Below, one piece after another: positions 7,102 to 17,448 of a stretch of 64,000 nucleotides of DNA. The translations under genes were made by a program, and so were the position numbers. The DNA lies in the NCBI GenBank assembly GCA_001917665.1, contig MNEL01000020.1, forward strand, positions 119 to 64,118, in the 5' to 3' direction. This DNA is from Gemmatimonadetes bacterium 13_1_40CM_69_22 (GTDB taxonomy: Bacteria > Gemmatimonadota > Gemmatimonadetes > Gemmatimonadales > GWC2-71-9). Each line of letters begins with the position of its first letter. Within the stretch, counting starts at the first letter, position 1. A model generated the notes under the pieces. The model had not been told where the DNA came from, did no database searches, and was given only the letters and a program-made list of their open reading frames with translations.

Positions 7102-9294
7102 TCAGTGCGTCCTTTCCACGATTTCCATGAGGCGTTCCGCAGTGAGCGGGATCGCGCGCGGGTCCGCCCCCGTGGCCGCCGCCACCGCGTTCAGGATCGC
7201 AGGCGCGGGGCCGTCGATCGGCAGCTCACCGAGCCCCTTCGCCCCCTGGGCGCCATGGGGGTAGGGGTTCTCGACGAACGCGACGCGGATCGGCGGCACG
7301 TCGTCGCTCGTGGGGATGATGTAGTTCGTGAGCTGGTTGTTGATCATCGCCCCGTTCTCGACCTTGCACTCCTCCATCAGCGCCCACCCGAGGCCTTGCA
7401 CCACGCCGCCTTGCACTTGGCCCCGCGCCAGCGTCGGGTTGATCACTTTCCCGACCTCTTGCACCGCGACGAAGTCGATCACGCGCGTGGTGCAGGTGCG
7501 GAGGTCCACCTCCACCTCGGCGACGTAGGCGGCCCAGGCGAATGCAGCATAAGCGTCGCCCTGGTAGCGTTCCTCGTCCCACGCGATGCCGGGCGGACGC
7601 TCGTAGACCGCCTCGCCCAACAGCGGTTCACCGCGGTGCTCCCGGTGCCAGCGCATAATGGCGTCCTTCACCGCCGCGCCGCGCGCGCGGTCGTCGAGCC
7701 CGACCCGGTGTCGCAGGTCGTCCGCGGCGCGCTCGATCAGGCGCCCGACCACCATGGTGGTGCGCGAGGCGACGGTGGGCCCGCTGTTGGGCACGCGCGC
7801 TGTGTCCGGTTCCCCGATGACGACCTCCTCGGGTGCCAGGCCGAGCCGGTCCGCCACGATCTGCGTGAACACGGTGAGCGTCCCCTGTCCCATCTCGATG
7901 TTCGCGCTCAGCACCTCGACCCGGCCGTCCGGCAGCCCGGCCACCTGGAGCCGTGAATTCAGGTGCACCTCGCCGCCGCCCGTGAACCCAGCGCCGTGGT
8001 AGAAGGTCGCGAGCCCGATGCCGCGCCGCTGCGAGCGCTGCGCCGCGTTGAACGCCGCGTGCGAGTGTTGCTTTTCGCGGTAGCCGGAGAGCGCGAGCGC
8101 CCGCTCGAGCACCGCGATCCGATCGGTGCCGTCCCGGATCACCTGGCCGGTCGCGGTGCTCTGGCCGTCCCGGAGCAGGTTCCTACGCCGCAGCTCCACC
8201 GGATCGAGCCCGAGTGCCCGCGCGATCACGTCCATGTGCCGCTCGAGTGCGAACAGCGTTTGCGGGGCGCCGAACCCGCGGAACGCGCCGAACGGCACCG
8301 CGTTGGTGAACATAGCGCGACCCACGATGCGGACGTTGTCGCAGGCGTAGGGCCCCGCCGCGTGGATGATGCCGCGGGATAGCACCACGGGCGACAGGGT
8401 CACGTACGCGCCGCCGTCGAGCACGACCTCGATGTCCTGGGCGAGGAGCCGGCCATCCGTGGTGAGCGCCGTGCGGTGGCGCACCAGCGACGGATGGCGC
8501 TTCGTCGTGGACGCCATGTCTTCCGGGCGGTCGTACACCATCTTGACCGGGCGGCCGGCCTTGAGCGCCAGCAACGCCGCGTGCAGCGCGATCGTGGACG
8601 GGTATTCCTCCTTGCCGCCGAAGCCGCCGCCCGTGGGCGTCTGGATCACCCGGACGCGCCGCTCGTCGCGTCCGAGGGCGTGCTGCAACGCATTGAGTAC
8701 GTAGTAAGGGCACTGCATCGATCCCTTTACCACGAGCACGTCGTTCTCGAGCCAGGCGATCATGCCCTGGGTCTCGAGGTAGACGTGCTCCTGCGCGCCC
8801 GTCTCGTAGACGCCCTCGACGACGACGGGCGCTCGGGCGAGCGCTTGCTCCACGTCGCCCTTGGCGATCTGCAGCCGCTTGAGCACGTTGTCCCGCCCGA
8901 ACTGGATCTGTTCCGGCCGCGGTGGAGCGCGAAAATCCAGCGCCGGTGGCTCGGGCGCGACCACGACATCGACCGCGCGGGCCGCGCGCCGTGCCATCTC
9001 CCGGGAGGGATGCGCCACCAGCAGCACCGCCTCGTGCACGTGGCGCACGTACCCCGCAGCGAGCACCGGCTGGTCGCGCTCGATGAGGAGGATTTCGTTC
9101 GCGGTGGGGACGTCCCGGTAATCGACGACGACGATCTCCGACCAGTTTACGTCGGGCCGAAAGCGGACGGCGCTGACGCGACCGCGCGGGGCGGGACTCC
9201 GGACCGTCATCCCCCACAGCGCGCCCTCGAGTGGTAGGTCGTCGACGTAGCGCTCACGCCCGGTGAGCTTGGCGAGACCCTCGCGGCGTTGCAT
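7102..9294 (-). CDS. Xanthine dehydrogenase family molybdopterin-binding subunit
   Basis: QEHVYLE, GGGFGGKE, AFRGFGAPQ, EMGQG, TVASR, GQVQGG, GAKGLGELP; adjacent to the urate operon. Confidence 0.92.
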   Translation of the reverse strand: MQRREGLAKLTGRERYVDDLPLEGALWGMTVRSPAPRGRVSAVRFRPDVNWSEIVVVDYRDVPTANEILLIERDQPVLAAGYVRHVHEAVLLVAHPSREMARRAARAVDVVVAPEPPALDFRAPPRPEQIQFGRDNVLKRLQIAKGDVEQALARAPVVVEGVYETGAQEHVYLETQGMIAWLENDVLVVKGSMQCPYYVLNALQHALGRDERRVRVIQTPTGGGFGGKEEYPSTIALHAALLALKAGRPVKMVYDRPEDMASTTKRHPSLVRHRTALTTDGRLLAQDIEVVLDGGAYVTLSPVVLSRGIIHAAGPYACDNVRIVGRAMFTNAVPFGAFRGFGAPQTLFALERHMDVIARALGLDPVELRRRNLLRDGQSTATGQVIRDGTDRIAVLERALALSGYREKQHSHAAFNAAQRSQRRGIGLATFYHGAGFTGGGEVHLNSRLQVAGLPDGRVEVLSANIEMGQGTLTVFTQIVADRLGLAPEEVVIGEPDTARVPNSGPTVASRTTMVVGRLIERAADDLRHRVGLDDRARGAAVKDAIMRWHREHRGEPLLGEAVYERPPGIAWDEERYQGDAYAAFAWAAYVAEVEVDLRTCTTRVIDFVAVQEVGKVINPTLARGQVQGGVVQGLGWALMEECKVENGAMINNQLTNYIIPTSDDVPPIRVAFVENPYPHGAQGAKGLGELPIDGPAPAILNAVAAATGADPRAIPLTAERLMEIVERTH

Positions 9295-9403
9295 GAGTCC
9301 GGCATTAATACCGTTGCCGAGTCGTTCTCGCCACTCCGGCTGCTTTATCGCCACTTGACCGAGGCGCCGTACCTGGGTCAGTCATACTCTGCCGGAGGGA
9401 GCC

Positions 9404-9781
9404 ATGTCGTACCTCGCCTGGGCCTGCAGCGCGGAGGGCAAAGGAGCCGAGCGTGGGTTGCGCCGCGGCGCCTGGTATCCCGTGCTCGAGACTTCGGACC
9501 GGTTCGTGGTGCTCGACGTGAACGACATCCAGGTGCGGTTCACGCGTGAGCGGCTGCGGTTTCGCGCCGCGCCACCGAGCGGCTGGACCGTGGTGCAGCT
9601 GTCGCCGGAGGAGGCCACAGCCGAGGCGCGAGCGCACGGACATCCCGACACCGAGGTCGTCCGCGTCTACCTCGTCTGTCCGGGCTGTCACTCCCGCTAC
9701 CACCTGCGTGAGGTTGCGCCGGAAGTGCGCTGCGGGGAGTGCGGCAACACGTACCCGGTCCACTCGGTGACCACGGCCTGA
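9404..9781 (+). CDS. Hypothetical protein with C-terminal zinc ribbon
   Basis: GGAGGGAG RBS; CPGC...CGEC. Confidence 0.7.
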   Translation: MSYLAWACSAEGKGAERGLRRGAWYPVLETSDRFVVLDVNDIQVRFTRERLRFRAAPPSGWTVVQLSPEEATAEARAHGHPDTEVVRVYLVCPGCHSRYHLREVAPEVRCGECGNTYPVHSVTTA

Positions 9782-9856
9782 GGGGGCAAGGGACGCGCGT
9801 TTGCGGCGAGGCGCCGGTGCCCGCAGCTTTAGGGCCCGCGACCCGAGGAGGGAGCC

Positions 9857-10294
9857 ATGACGCGCTGGCCGCTGCTCGCGGTGCTCCTCGCGGCGCCCGT
9901 CTCGGGCGCTGCGCAGGCGCCGCCCGCCGGACCGAGCGAGCCGTTTGTAGTGGAGTATTACTACAAGGCACGCTGGGGCTATGCCGACGAGTTCATCCGA
10001 CTTTTCAAGAAGAATCACTACCCGGTTTTGAAGCGCCAGATGGAACTGGGGCGCATCCAGGAGATCACGGCGGCGGCACCCAGGTTCCACGCCACGGAGG
10101 AGGGTCGCTGGGACTATCGCGTCACCATCGTGTGGAAGAACGCCGCCGCGCCGCACGAGCCATTCCTCGAGGCGGAGCTGCGGCGCCTATTTCCCGACCA
10201 GGAGACGTTCAAGCGCGAGGAGCAGCGCCGCTTCGAGATCCTCGCGGCGCACTGGGACGTCCCCGTGGTGACCGTGGACCTGACGCGGCCGTAG
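9857..10294 (+). CDS. Secreted hypothetical protein (possibly NIPSNAP-like fold)
   Basis: GAGGAGG RBS, signal peptide, globular sequence (VEYYYKARWG...AHWDV). Confidence 0.75.
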   Translation: MTRWPLLAVLLAAPVSGAAQAPPAGPSEPFVVEYYYKARWGYADEFIRLFKKNHYPVLKRQMELGRIQEITAAAPRFHATEEGRWDYRVTIVWKNAAAPHEPFLEAELRRLFPDQETFKREEQRRFEILAAHWDVPVVTVDLTRP

Positions 10295-10299
10295 CGCCG

Positions 10300-13200
10300 C
10301 TACCGCCCTGCCCGCGTCTTCCCGAGGTAGGTCCGCACCAGCGGTGCGACTCGGCCCCGCACGAGGGCTGTCCGCAGCGCCTCCGCCTGCTCGGCCGTCA
10401 CGTCTGTGAGCAACCGCTCCCCTCTCCCCTCTCCCTCCTTCACCGCTACCGGAATGCCGTCGCGGTACAGAACGCGGTTCGTCGCGAGGGCGGGCACGGC
10501 GTCTCCCGGCGTGATGATGCCGACCAGATTGAGGGGGTCGGCACCACTCAGCGCGACGAGCGCACCGCTCGTCGCTTGCCGGCGCACGGAGCGTAGCAGG
10601 CCGACGGCTTCTGGAAGCGCGTACTGTTCGCCCGAGAACCCGCCGACGAAGCGGCCGCCGCGCACCTCGCCCCGCGCCTCGAGGCGGCGGTACACGCGCA
10701 ACAGATCACGCCACGGTGCCAGCAGCGTTTCGCGCGTCACGACGCGGCGGAACACCACCCCGTAGCGCCGCAGCAGCTGCCAGGCGACCGCTTCGACGAG
10801 CTGGTCTTCCGGCAGGAGCGACGCCTGCCGCACGCGCGACCAGCGACCCGCCGTTTCGACCCCGAACGGCGCGACCCGCCCGCGGCGTCGGAAGCCGCTG
10901 CTCCCGATGGGGCGACGGCGGTCGGACGGGATGAGCAGCGCTCGCAACCCCGCGAAGCTGTCCGAGGTGACGAGGCCCCAGGCCACCAGCTCCCCCAGTC
11001 CCTTCTCGACTTCGGTGCGCAGCAGACCGGTGGCGTTCACGAGGTCGCCGAAGAACGACGCACCACGCCCGTCAAGCAGCTCCAGCACCGCCCGCCCTGC
11101 GTGGGATAGCGCCAGCTCCGCAGGGTCCGGTTGCAGCGTCAGAGACCGCCAGATTGCCCCCCGTTCCCGGCGGAACAGGGCCACCGGGCTCGTGCGAATC
11201 GGGCCCGACTTCCTGTTCCGCGTTCCGACTTCCGCGTTCCGCGTTGCGGCGAGTCGGCCCCAAGCGATCTCGCCCGAGAGGCAGAGCCCGTCGAGCCACA
11301 GCGGATCGTACTCCCCGAGCCGCGCGGGGAGGACGTCCGTCTCCCAGGCGCCCGCCGGCAGCTCGAAGCCGTCGAGCAGCTCCAGCACGGCCGCGAGCCC
11401 CTCCGGCCCCTCGGCCCGCGCGTCCGGGGCGACGCGCTGCCAGCGGAACAGGAAGCGCATGAAGTCGGCCGCCGTCACCGGCTCGATCTCCTTGCGCAGG
11501 CGATCGAGCGTGTAGCGGTGGATGCGCGCCAGCAGCCGCCGCTCGCACCACTCGAGCTCGGCCACGCCGGGGGTGAACCGACCGCGCAGCACGAACCCCT
11601 CGTGCTCGAGCGCACCGAGGGCGACGTCGACGTCCGGCGCTGGGACGCCGAGCGAGCGCCCCAATTCCGCCACCGTCGTCGGCCCGACCGCCTCCAGTCT
11701 CCCCCGCACCAGCTCGCGCAGCGCATCCTCGCGGGTCCACGTCTTGGCGCGTTCCCGCTCGGGCGGCACGAGCGGCGGCTCGCACGGCGCCCCGGGAAAC
11801 GCCGCCTGCACCATCGGCAGTCGCTCGGCGGGAACCCAGAGGCGTGGCTCGTGGAGGAGAGTCCCGGCGCGCCCTGCCCGCACCAGCTCCTCGAACCACC
11901 CTTGCCATTCCGCATTCCGCACTCCGCATTCCGCACCGGGGACGGCCCCCATCACCAGCAGCGCGTCGTGCAGTTCATCGCCGGAACTGACGTCCGGCCA
12001 TGCTTCGTCCCGCACCCGATCGATCGCGTCCTGGTCGAGTTTGCCGAATTCGTCGGCGCTCTTCACGTCGAGCCCGCGGCGCGTGATCACCGCCTGGGTG
12101 CGGCGCTCTTCGAGCGGGGCGTCGTCCAGGAACGCGTACGGCTTCGCGTTCAACACCTCGTGTGACAGCAGTGACGGCTCGGGGGTGTCCCGCGCGATGA
12201 GCGTGACGCCCCCCGCTTCCATCGCTTCGAGCACGCGCTTCAACCCCGGGAAATCCATCGCCTCGAGCAGGCAGTCTTCGATGGTCTGCTTTACCAGCGG
12301 ATGGTCGGGGATCTCGCGGTCTCCCACCAGATTCTCAGGGCACGCGAGCTGGTCCGGGAACACCGCCGCCGCGAGGTCTTCCGCCTCCATCCGTTGCAGC
12401 GGCGTCGGGACTTTCTTGCCGCCACGCGCCCGCAGCACCGCGAGCGCGCGCGTCGCGTTCCAGCGCCACCGGGAGCCGAACATCGGCGCGTCCAGCATCG
12501 CCTGCACCAGCAGGTGCTCGGCCGTCTCCGGCTTCAGGTAGTGGAACACGTCATCCAGTGGGAAGCTGTGCTGGGGCCCGAGCGACAGGACGATCGCGTC
12601 CTCGGTCGCCGCAGCCTGGAGCTCGAAGTTGAAGCTGCGGCAGAACCGCTTCCGGAGTGCGAGACCCCACGCCCGGTTGATCCGGCTCCCGAACGGCGCG
12701 TGCAGCACGAGCTGCATCCCGCCCGCCTCGTCGAAGAACCGCTCGAGCACGAGGGTCTGCTGGGTGGGGATGACGCCGAGGACCTGCTTCGCCGCGCCCA
12801 GGTACTCGACCACCTGGCGCGCCGCCGCCTCCGGGAGCCCCGGCACCGCGCCGGCGAGCCAGGCGATCGCGCTGGGCGGATCGCCGAGACGGTCCGCGAC
12901 GTCCTGCCGCAGGCGAGACACTTCCTCCGACAGCTCCGGCGTGCGCGCCGGCGCCTCCCCCACCCAGAACGGAATGCTGGGCGGCTGGCCGTGGGCGTCC
13001 ACCACCCGCACCTGACCGGACTCGACCTTGCTGATGAGATAGGAGGTGTTGCCGAGCTGGAAGATGTCGCCCGGCATGCTCTCGATCGCGAAGTCTTCGT
13101 TCAGGGTGCCGACGAAGGTCTCGGTCGGGTCGAGGATCACGCGATAGTCCCCGATGTCGGGGATCGCGCCTCCCGAGGTGAGCGCCGCGAGCCGGGCGCC

Positions 13201-14646
13201 GCGCCGGCCGCGTAGCCGGCGGTTCACCCCGTCGTAGTGGATATGCGCCCCGCGCCGGCCCCGGCGCGTGGTGAACCCCTCCGCGAGCATCTGCACCACG
13301 TCGCCGAAATCCTGGCGGGCCAGGTCGCGGTAGGGGTAGGCACCGCGCACCAGCTCGTACAGCGCCTCCTCGTCCCAGTCATCGCCTGCCGCAGCCGCCA
13401 CGATGTGCTGGGCGAGGATGTCGAGCGGGTGGCGGGGGATGACCAGCCGGTCGAGCCGGCGCTCGGCGGTCGCGCGCGCCAGGGCGGCGCACTCGATCAG
13501 CTCGTCGCGCGACAGTGGGAACAGCCGTCCCTTCGGGATCGCCTGCAGGTGATGTCCCGCCCGCCCCACGCGCTGCAGCAGCGTCGCGATCGAGCGCGTC
13601 GAGCCGATTTGGCACACCAGGTCCACCGTGCCGATGTCGATCCCGAGCTCGAGCGACGCCGTCGCCACGAGCGCCTTGAGCTTGCCCTCCTTGAGCCGCG
13701 TCTCGGCGTCGAGCCGCTTCTCCTTGGACAGGCTGCCGTGGTGCGACGTCACGTGCTCCGCCCCGACCCGCTCGGAGAGGTGCAGGGTGAGTCGCTCCGC
13801 GAGCCGCCGCGTGTTCACAAACACGAGCGTGGTGCGGTGCGCACCGATCAGCTGCGCCAGCCGGTCGTACAACTCGTCCCACACCTCACCCGCCATCACC
13901 GCTTCGAGCGGGGAGGAGGGGATCTCGATCGCGAGATCGAGCGCGCGGGCGTGCCCTGAGTCGATGATGCTGGTGTCGAGAGCCTGGTGTCGGACGCCGG
14001 CAAGAAAGGCCGCGATCTCCTCGATCGGCTTCTGCGTGGCCGACAGACCGACCCGCTGGAGCTGCCGGCCAGCCAGATGCTCCAGCCGCTCGAGCGACAG
14101 CGCGAGGTGGCTGCCGCGCTTGTCGCGCGCCACCGCGTGGATCTCGTCGACGATGATGGTCCGCACGGTGCGGAGCATGTCGCGCGCGTGCTCGGAGGTG
14201 AGGATCAGGTACAGCGACTCGGGCGTCGTCACGAGGATGTGCGGCGGCCGTTTCACCATCGCCTGCCGCTCAGCCGCCGGCGTGTCCCCGGTGCGGACGA
14301 GCGTGCGGATCTCCACGTCCGGGAGGCACATCGCCTCGAGCGTGCGGCGGATCTCGGCGAGCGGCTCCGCCAGGTTCTTCTGGACGTCGTTGGAGAGCGC
14401 CTTCAGCGGCGAGACGTACACCACCTGCGTTTCGTCGCGCAGCGTCCCCTCGAGTCCCTGGCGCAGCAGGGAGTCGATCGCCGCCAGGAAAGCGGCGAAC
14501 GTCTTCCCCGAGCCCGTGGGAGCGGCGATCAGCGCATTCCGGCCCGCGTGCATGACGGGCCAGGCGCGCCGCTGCGGCTCGGTGGGCTCCGCGAAACGCG
14601 CGCCGAACCAGCGCTCGATGACGGGGTGGAAGCCGGAGAGCGGCAT
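10300..14646 (-). CDS. lhr: Lhr-family DEAD/DEAH helicase, long form with C-terminal winged-helix/glycosylase-like region
   Basis: [32 protein letters not shown]...[27 protein letters not shown]; C-terminal [17 protein letters not shown]. Confidence 0.92.
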   Translation of the reverse strand: MPLSGFHPVIERWFGARFAEPTEPQRRAWPVMHAGRNALIAAPTGSGKTFAAFLAAIDSLLRQGLEGTLRDETQVVYVSPLKALSNDVQKNLAEPLAEIRRTLEAMCLPDVEIRTLVRTGDTPAAERQAMVKRPPHILVTTPESLYLILTSEHARDMLRTVRTIIVDEIHAVARDKRGSHLALSLERLEHLAGRQLQRVGLSATQKPIEEIAAFLAGVRHQALDTSIIDSGHARALDLAIEIPSSPLEAVMAGEVWDELYDRLAQLIGAHRTTLVFVNTRRLAERLTLHLSERVGAEHVTSHHGSLSKEKRLDAETRLKEGKLKALVATASLELGIDIGTVDLVCQIGSTRSIATLLQRVGRAGHHLQAIPKGRLFPLSRDELIECAALARATAERRLDRLVIPRHPLDILAQHIVAAAAGDDWDEEALYELVRGAYPYRDLARQDFGDVVQMLAEGFTTRRGRRGAHIHYDGVNRRLRGRRGARLAALTSGGAIPDIGDYRVILDPTETFVGTLNEDFAIESMPGDIFQLGNTSYLISKVESGQVRVVDAHGQPPSIPFWVGEAPARTPELSEEVSRLRQDVADRLGDPPSAIAWLAGAVPGLPEAAARQVVEYLGAAKQVLGVIPTQQTLVLERFFDEAGGMQLVLHAPFGSRINRAWGLALRKRFCRSFNFELQAAATEDAIVLSLGPQHSFPLDDVFHYLKPETAEHLLVQAMLDAPMFGSRWRWNATRALAVLRARGGKKVPTPLQRMEAEDLAAAVFPDQLACPENLVGDREIPDHPLVKQTIEDCLLEAMDFPGLKRVLEAMEAGGVTLIARDTPEPSLLSHEVLNAKPYAFLDDAPLEERRTQAVITRRGLDVKSADEFGKLDQDAIDRVRDEAWPDVSSGDELHDALLVMGAVPGAECGVRNAEWQGWFEELVRAGRAGTLLHEPRLWVPAERLPMVQAAFPGAPCEPPLVPPERERAKTWTREDALRELVRGRLEAVGPTTVAELGRSLGVPAPDVDVALGALEHEGFVLRGRFTPGVAELEWCERRLLARIHRYTLDRLRKEIEPVTAADFMRFLFRWQRVAPDARAEGPEGLAAVLELLDGFELPAGAWETDVLPARLGEYDPLWLDGLCLSGEIAWGRLAATRNAEVGTRNRKSGPIRTSPVALFRRERGAIWRSLTLQPDPAELALSHAGRAVLELLDGRGASFFGDLVNATGLLRTEVEKGLGELVAWGLVTSDSFAGLRALLIPSDRRRPIGSSGFRRRGRVAPFGVETAGRWSRVRQASLLPEDQLVEAVAWQLLRRYGVVFRRVVTRETLLAPWRDLLRVYRRLEARGEVRGGRFVGGFSGEQYALPEAVGLLRSVRRQATSGALVALSGADPLNLVGIITPGDAVPALATNRVLYRDGIPVAVKEGEGRGERLLTDVTAEQAEALRTALVRGRVAPLVRTYLGKTRAGR
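11215..11242. repeat. GTTCCGC heptamer x4 inside lhr
   Basis: gttccgc gttccga cttccgc gttccgc; encodes RNAEVGTRN. Confidence 0.8.
11903..11935. repeat. ATTCCGC heptamer x4 inside lhr, identical to 7039-7071
   Basis: tgcc attccgc attccgc actccgc attccgc a; encodes [10 protein letters not shown]. Confidence 0.9.
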
Positions 14647-14679
14647 GACTCAAATATGGCGAAGATTTCCCGAATGGAG

Positions 14680-15882
14680 CTAGAGCACGCTGTCGAGCGA
14701 GGCGCCCCGTGCGGCCGCGATACGCGCGATCGTTTCCCCGATCTTGTTGTTGGGTGTCGAGGCGCCTGCGGTGATCCCGATCGTCAGCGGCCCGGCGGGC
14801 AGCCACCCCTCCCGGCGCTGCTCGTCTGGCGCTCCCACGGGGCGGAACCGGATCGTGCCGCCTGCTGGGTCGATGCACACGGCGTCCTCCACGTGATAGG
14901 TCGGCACTTTCTGCTGACAGATCGCGGCGAGGTGCGTGGTGTTGCTTGAGTTATAGCCGCCGATCACGACCATGAGATCGAGCGGCTCGGCGATGAGCTT
15001 GAGCACCGCGTCCTGCCGGTCCTGGGTGGCCGAGCAGATCGTATCGAAGGTGCGGAAGTGCTGCGGCACCGCCGCCTCCCCGTAGCGCGCCGCCACGCTG
15101 TTGCGCAGCTCCGCGGCGATGGCCAGCGATTCGCCGGACAGCATCGTGGTCTGATTCGCCACGCCGACGCGCGTGAGGTCGCGATCCGGGTCGAAGCCGG
15201 GCGACAGCTTTCCGGCGAACTGCGCCAGCAGCCGCTCCCCGTTCTCCCCTCCCTCGATGTACCGGCACACCTCGCGTGCCTCCGCCATGTCGCGCACCAC
15301 GAGGTAGCGGCCCCCGGGATACTTGGTCACCTGGCTCGACGTAGCCTTCGTTTCTTCGTGGTAGTACTTGCCGTGGATGATCGCTGTGAAGCCGTCCTTC
15401 GCGTACGACTCGACCCGCTTCCACACGTTTAGCACGGAGCCGCAGGTCGTATCGACCAGCACGCAGCCGATGGCCCGGAGCCGCTCGAAGTCCCGCACCG
15501 TCACGCCGAAAGCGGGGAGGATGACGACGTCGTCCGGCTGCACGGCGCTCAGCTCGAACTCGCCCCCTTCCGGCCGGCCGAGGAGCTCCACGCCCATGGC
15601 GCGCAGCTTCGAGTTCACATGCGGGTTGTGGATGATCTCGCCCACGAGGAAGAGGCGCTTGTCGGGGAACTTGGTGCGGCTCTCGTACGCATACTCGACG
15701 GCGCGGTCGACGCCATAGCAGAACCCGAATTCGCCCGCGAGCTTGAAGGTGAGGTCGCCCAGCGAGAGCACGTACCCATGCCGGCGGATCCGGTCTACGA
15801 CGTGGCTGTGGTAGTCCGCCGTCAGGGCGCCCTCGATGCGCCCCTTCAGCCCGAACCCTCTCCGGAAGTAGGTCTGCTCCAC
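14680..15882 (-). CDS. ispH: 4-hydroxy-3-methylbut-2-enyl diphosphate reductase
   Basis: GFCYGVDRA, IIHNPHV, DTTC, HEE, NQTTM, DTICSATQDRQ, GGYNSSNT, TAGASTP. Confidence 0.95.
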   Translation of the reverse strand: MEQTYFRRGFGLKGRIEGALTADYHSHVVDRIRRHGYVLSLGDLTFKLAGEFGFCYGVDRAVEYAYESRTKFPDKRLFLVGEIIHNPHVNSKLRAMGVELLGRPEGGEFELSAVQPDDVVILPAFGVTVRDFERLRAIGCVLVDTTCGSVLNVWKRVESYAKDGFTAIIHGKYYHEETKATSSQVTKYPGGRYLVVRDMAEAREVCRYIEGGENGERLLAQFAGKLSPGFDPDRDLTRVGVANQTTMLSGESLAIAAELRNSVAARYGEAAVPQHFRTFDTICSATQDRQDAVLKLIAEPLDLMVVIGGYNSSNTTHLAAICQQKVPTYHVEDAVCIDPAGGTIRFRPVGAPDEQRREGWLPAGPLTIGITAGASTPNNKIGETIARIAAARGASLDSVL

Positions 15883-15886
15883 GGGG

Positions 15887-16945
15887 TCAATCTAATCGGA
15901 CCCCGCGGCCGGCGCGCACGGCGTCCATCACCCGCTGGACCGCGACACCGTCGTGGAATGTGGCGGGCTCGCCTGCCGCGGGCCGCCCCTCCAGGACACC
16001 GACCAAATCTCGCAGCAACCGCACGCACGAGCGCGCCCACATGTTGTTCGGCACCGTCTGCCCGGACAACTCGTCGGGAACGCTGACGTCCTCGAGCGCA
16101 AGTCCCGGACGACCGATCTCGAGCTTCGTCTCACCCGTCAGGAGCAGCGAGCCCTCGGGTCCCGTCACCCGCACAAAGTGACCCGGCCCGTGAAACGCGA
16201 ATGTGGTCAGTGTGATCGTCGCGACCGCGCCGCTGGCGAGGCGCATCACGAAGCTGGCGTAGTCGTCGGCCGTGACGGCCCGCGCCACCCCATGCTCGTC
16301 CCGGCGCTCGGGGACGAACGTGGCGACCCGGCCGCTCACTTCGACGACGTCGCCTGCCGTCCAGAAGCGGCACAGATCGATGAGATGCGACCCTACGGCT
16401 CCCAGGATCCCGCCGCCGCGCGCCGCGTCGTGCCACCAGGTCCAGGGCGCCTCGCAGGCCTGGGGTCGCCCGTCGCCGCGCAGGTAGGACACCACCAGCT
16501 CGAGATGCAGCACCGGGCCAATCCCGCCCGCGCGGATCAGCGCTCGAGCCCGGCGCCGGTTCGGTTCGTAGCGCAGCTCGTGGTCGACGCGGGCGCAGCC
16601 CGGGCTCCGCTCTGCCACCTCGACCATGTGCTCCGCCTCGCGCGCGGTGAGCGCCATCGGCTTCTCGCACAACACGTGCTTCCCGGCCTCGAGCGCCGCG
16701 ATGGCGTGGCGCGCGTGGGCGTCCGGGGTCGACGACACGATGACGAGGTCGACATCGCCGGAGCGGGCCAGCTCCTCGCCGCTCCCGAACGCGTGCGCAA
16801 TGTCGAACTCCCGGGCCACGGCGGCCGCCCGCGCGCGATCCCGGCTCGCCACCGCCGTCACCACCGCACCTGGCACCAGCCGCAGCCCCGGCAGCTGCAC
16901 CCGTCGCGCGAACCCCGTGCCGATGACGCCGACCCGGACCGTCAT
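15887..16945 (-). CDS. Gfo/Idh/MocA family oxidoreductase
   Basis: VGVIGTG, GKHVLCEKPMA, GGGILGAVGSHLID. Confidence 0.9.
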   Translation of the reverse strand: MTVRVGVIGTGFARRVQLPGLRLVPGAVVTAVASRDRARAAAVAREFDIAHAFGSGEELARSGDVDLVIVSSTPDAHARHAIAALEAGKHVLCEKPMALTAREAEHMVEVAERSPGCARVDHELRYEPNRRRARALIRAGGIGPVLHLELVVSYLRGDGRPQACEAPWTWWHDAARGGGILGAVGSHLIDLCRFWTAGDVVEVSGRVATFVPERRDEHGVARAVTADDYASFVMRLASGAVATITLTTFAFHGPGHFVRVTGPEGSLLLTGETKLEIGRPGLALEDVSVPDELSGQTVPNNMWARSCVRLLRDLVGVLEGRPAAGEPATFHDGVAVQRVMDAVRAGRGVRLD

Positions 16946-17448
16946 GGCTGCATCGCGCACGGCGGCGTGTCCGCTCCGATGCGCACCGACTCGAACGACG
17001 CATCGAGCGTGACGCGAGCCGTCCCCGCGACCTCGCCACCAGAGCCCCGCGCGTTCGCCGCGAGCGCATCGCCCGCCCGGGTCACCGACACCGTCCCGCT
17101 GTCGAGCGTGACACCGTGCGCCACGTCGCCCACCATGAAACGCGCCGCTACGACCGCACCGCGCCCCGTCGTGCTGTCGGCGCGCGCCAGCAGGGGGAAC
17201 TCACCGCTCGCGATTGAGTCGCTCGAGCGTACGTAGATGAGCACGCCGTTGCCGCGCTCCGTGCCTTGCAGCAGCAGGCCGCCCCGGCCGGCACGCCCGC
17301 AGCGATCCGCGGTAGCCGGTGTGGCGAAGCGCAGCGTGTCGCGCGGCGGCCGGGTGATGCGGGCGCGCAGCCGGGCCGCCGGCGGCCCGCGGCTCCCGCA
17401 CGCCACTGCGGTGCCGAGCGCGAGCAACGCGAGCGCGCGTGTGTTCAG
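16942..17448 (-). CDS. Hypothetical lipoprotein (probable CTG start)
   Basis: Lipobox ALALLALGTAVAC; CTG overlaps the TGA of the upstream thioesterase; its stop overlaps the ATG of the next gene. Confidence 0.6.
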   Translation of the reverse strand: MNTRALALLALGTAVACGSRGPPAARLRARITRPPRDTLRFATPATADRCGRAGRGGLLLQGTERGNGVLIYVRSSDSIASGEFPLLARADSTTGRGAVVAARFMVGDVAHGVTLDSGTVSVTRAGDALAANARGSGGEVAGTARVTLDASFESVRIGADTPPCAMQP

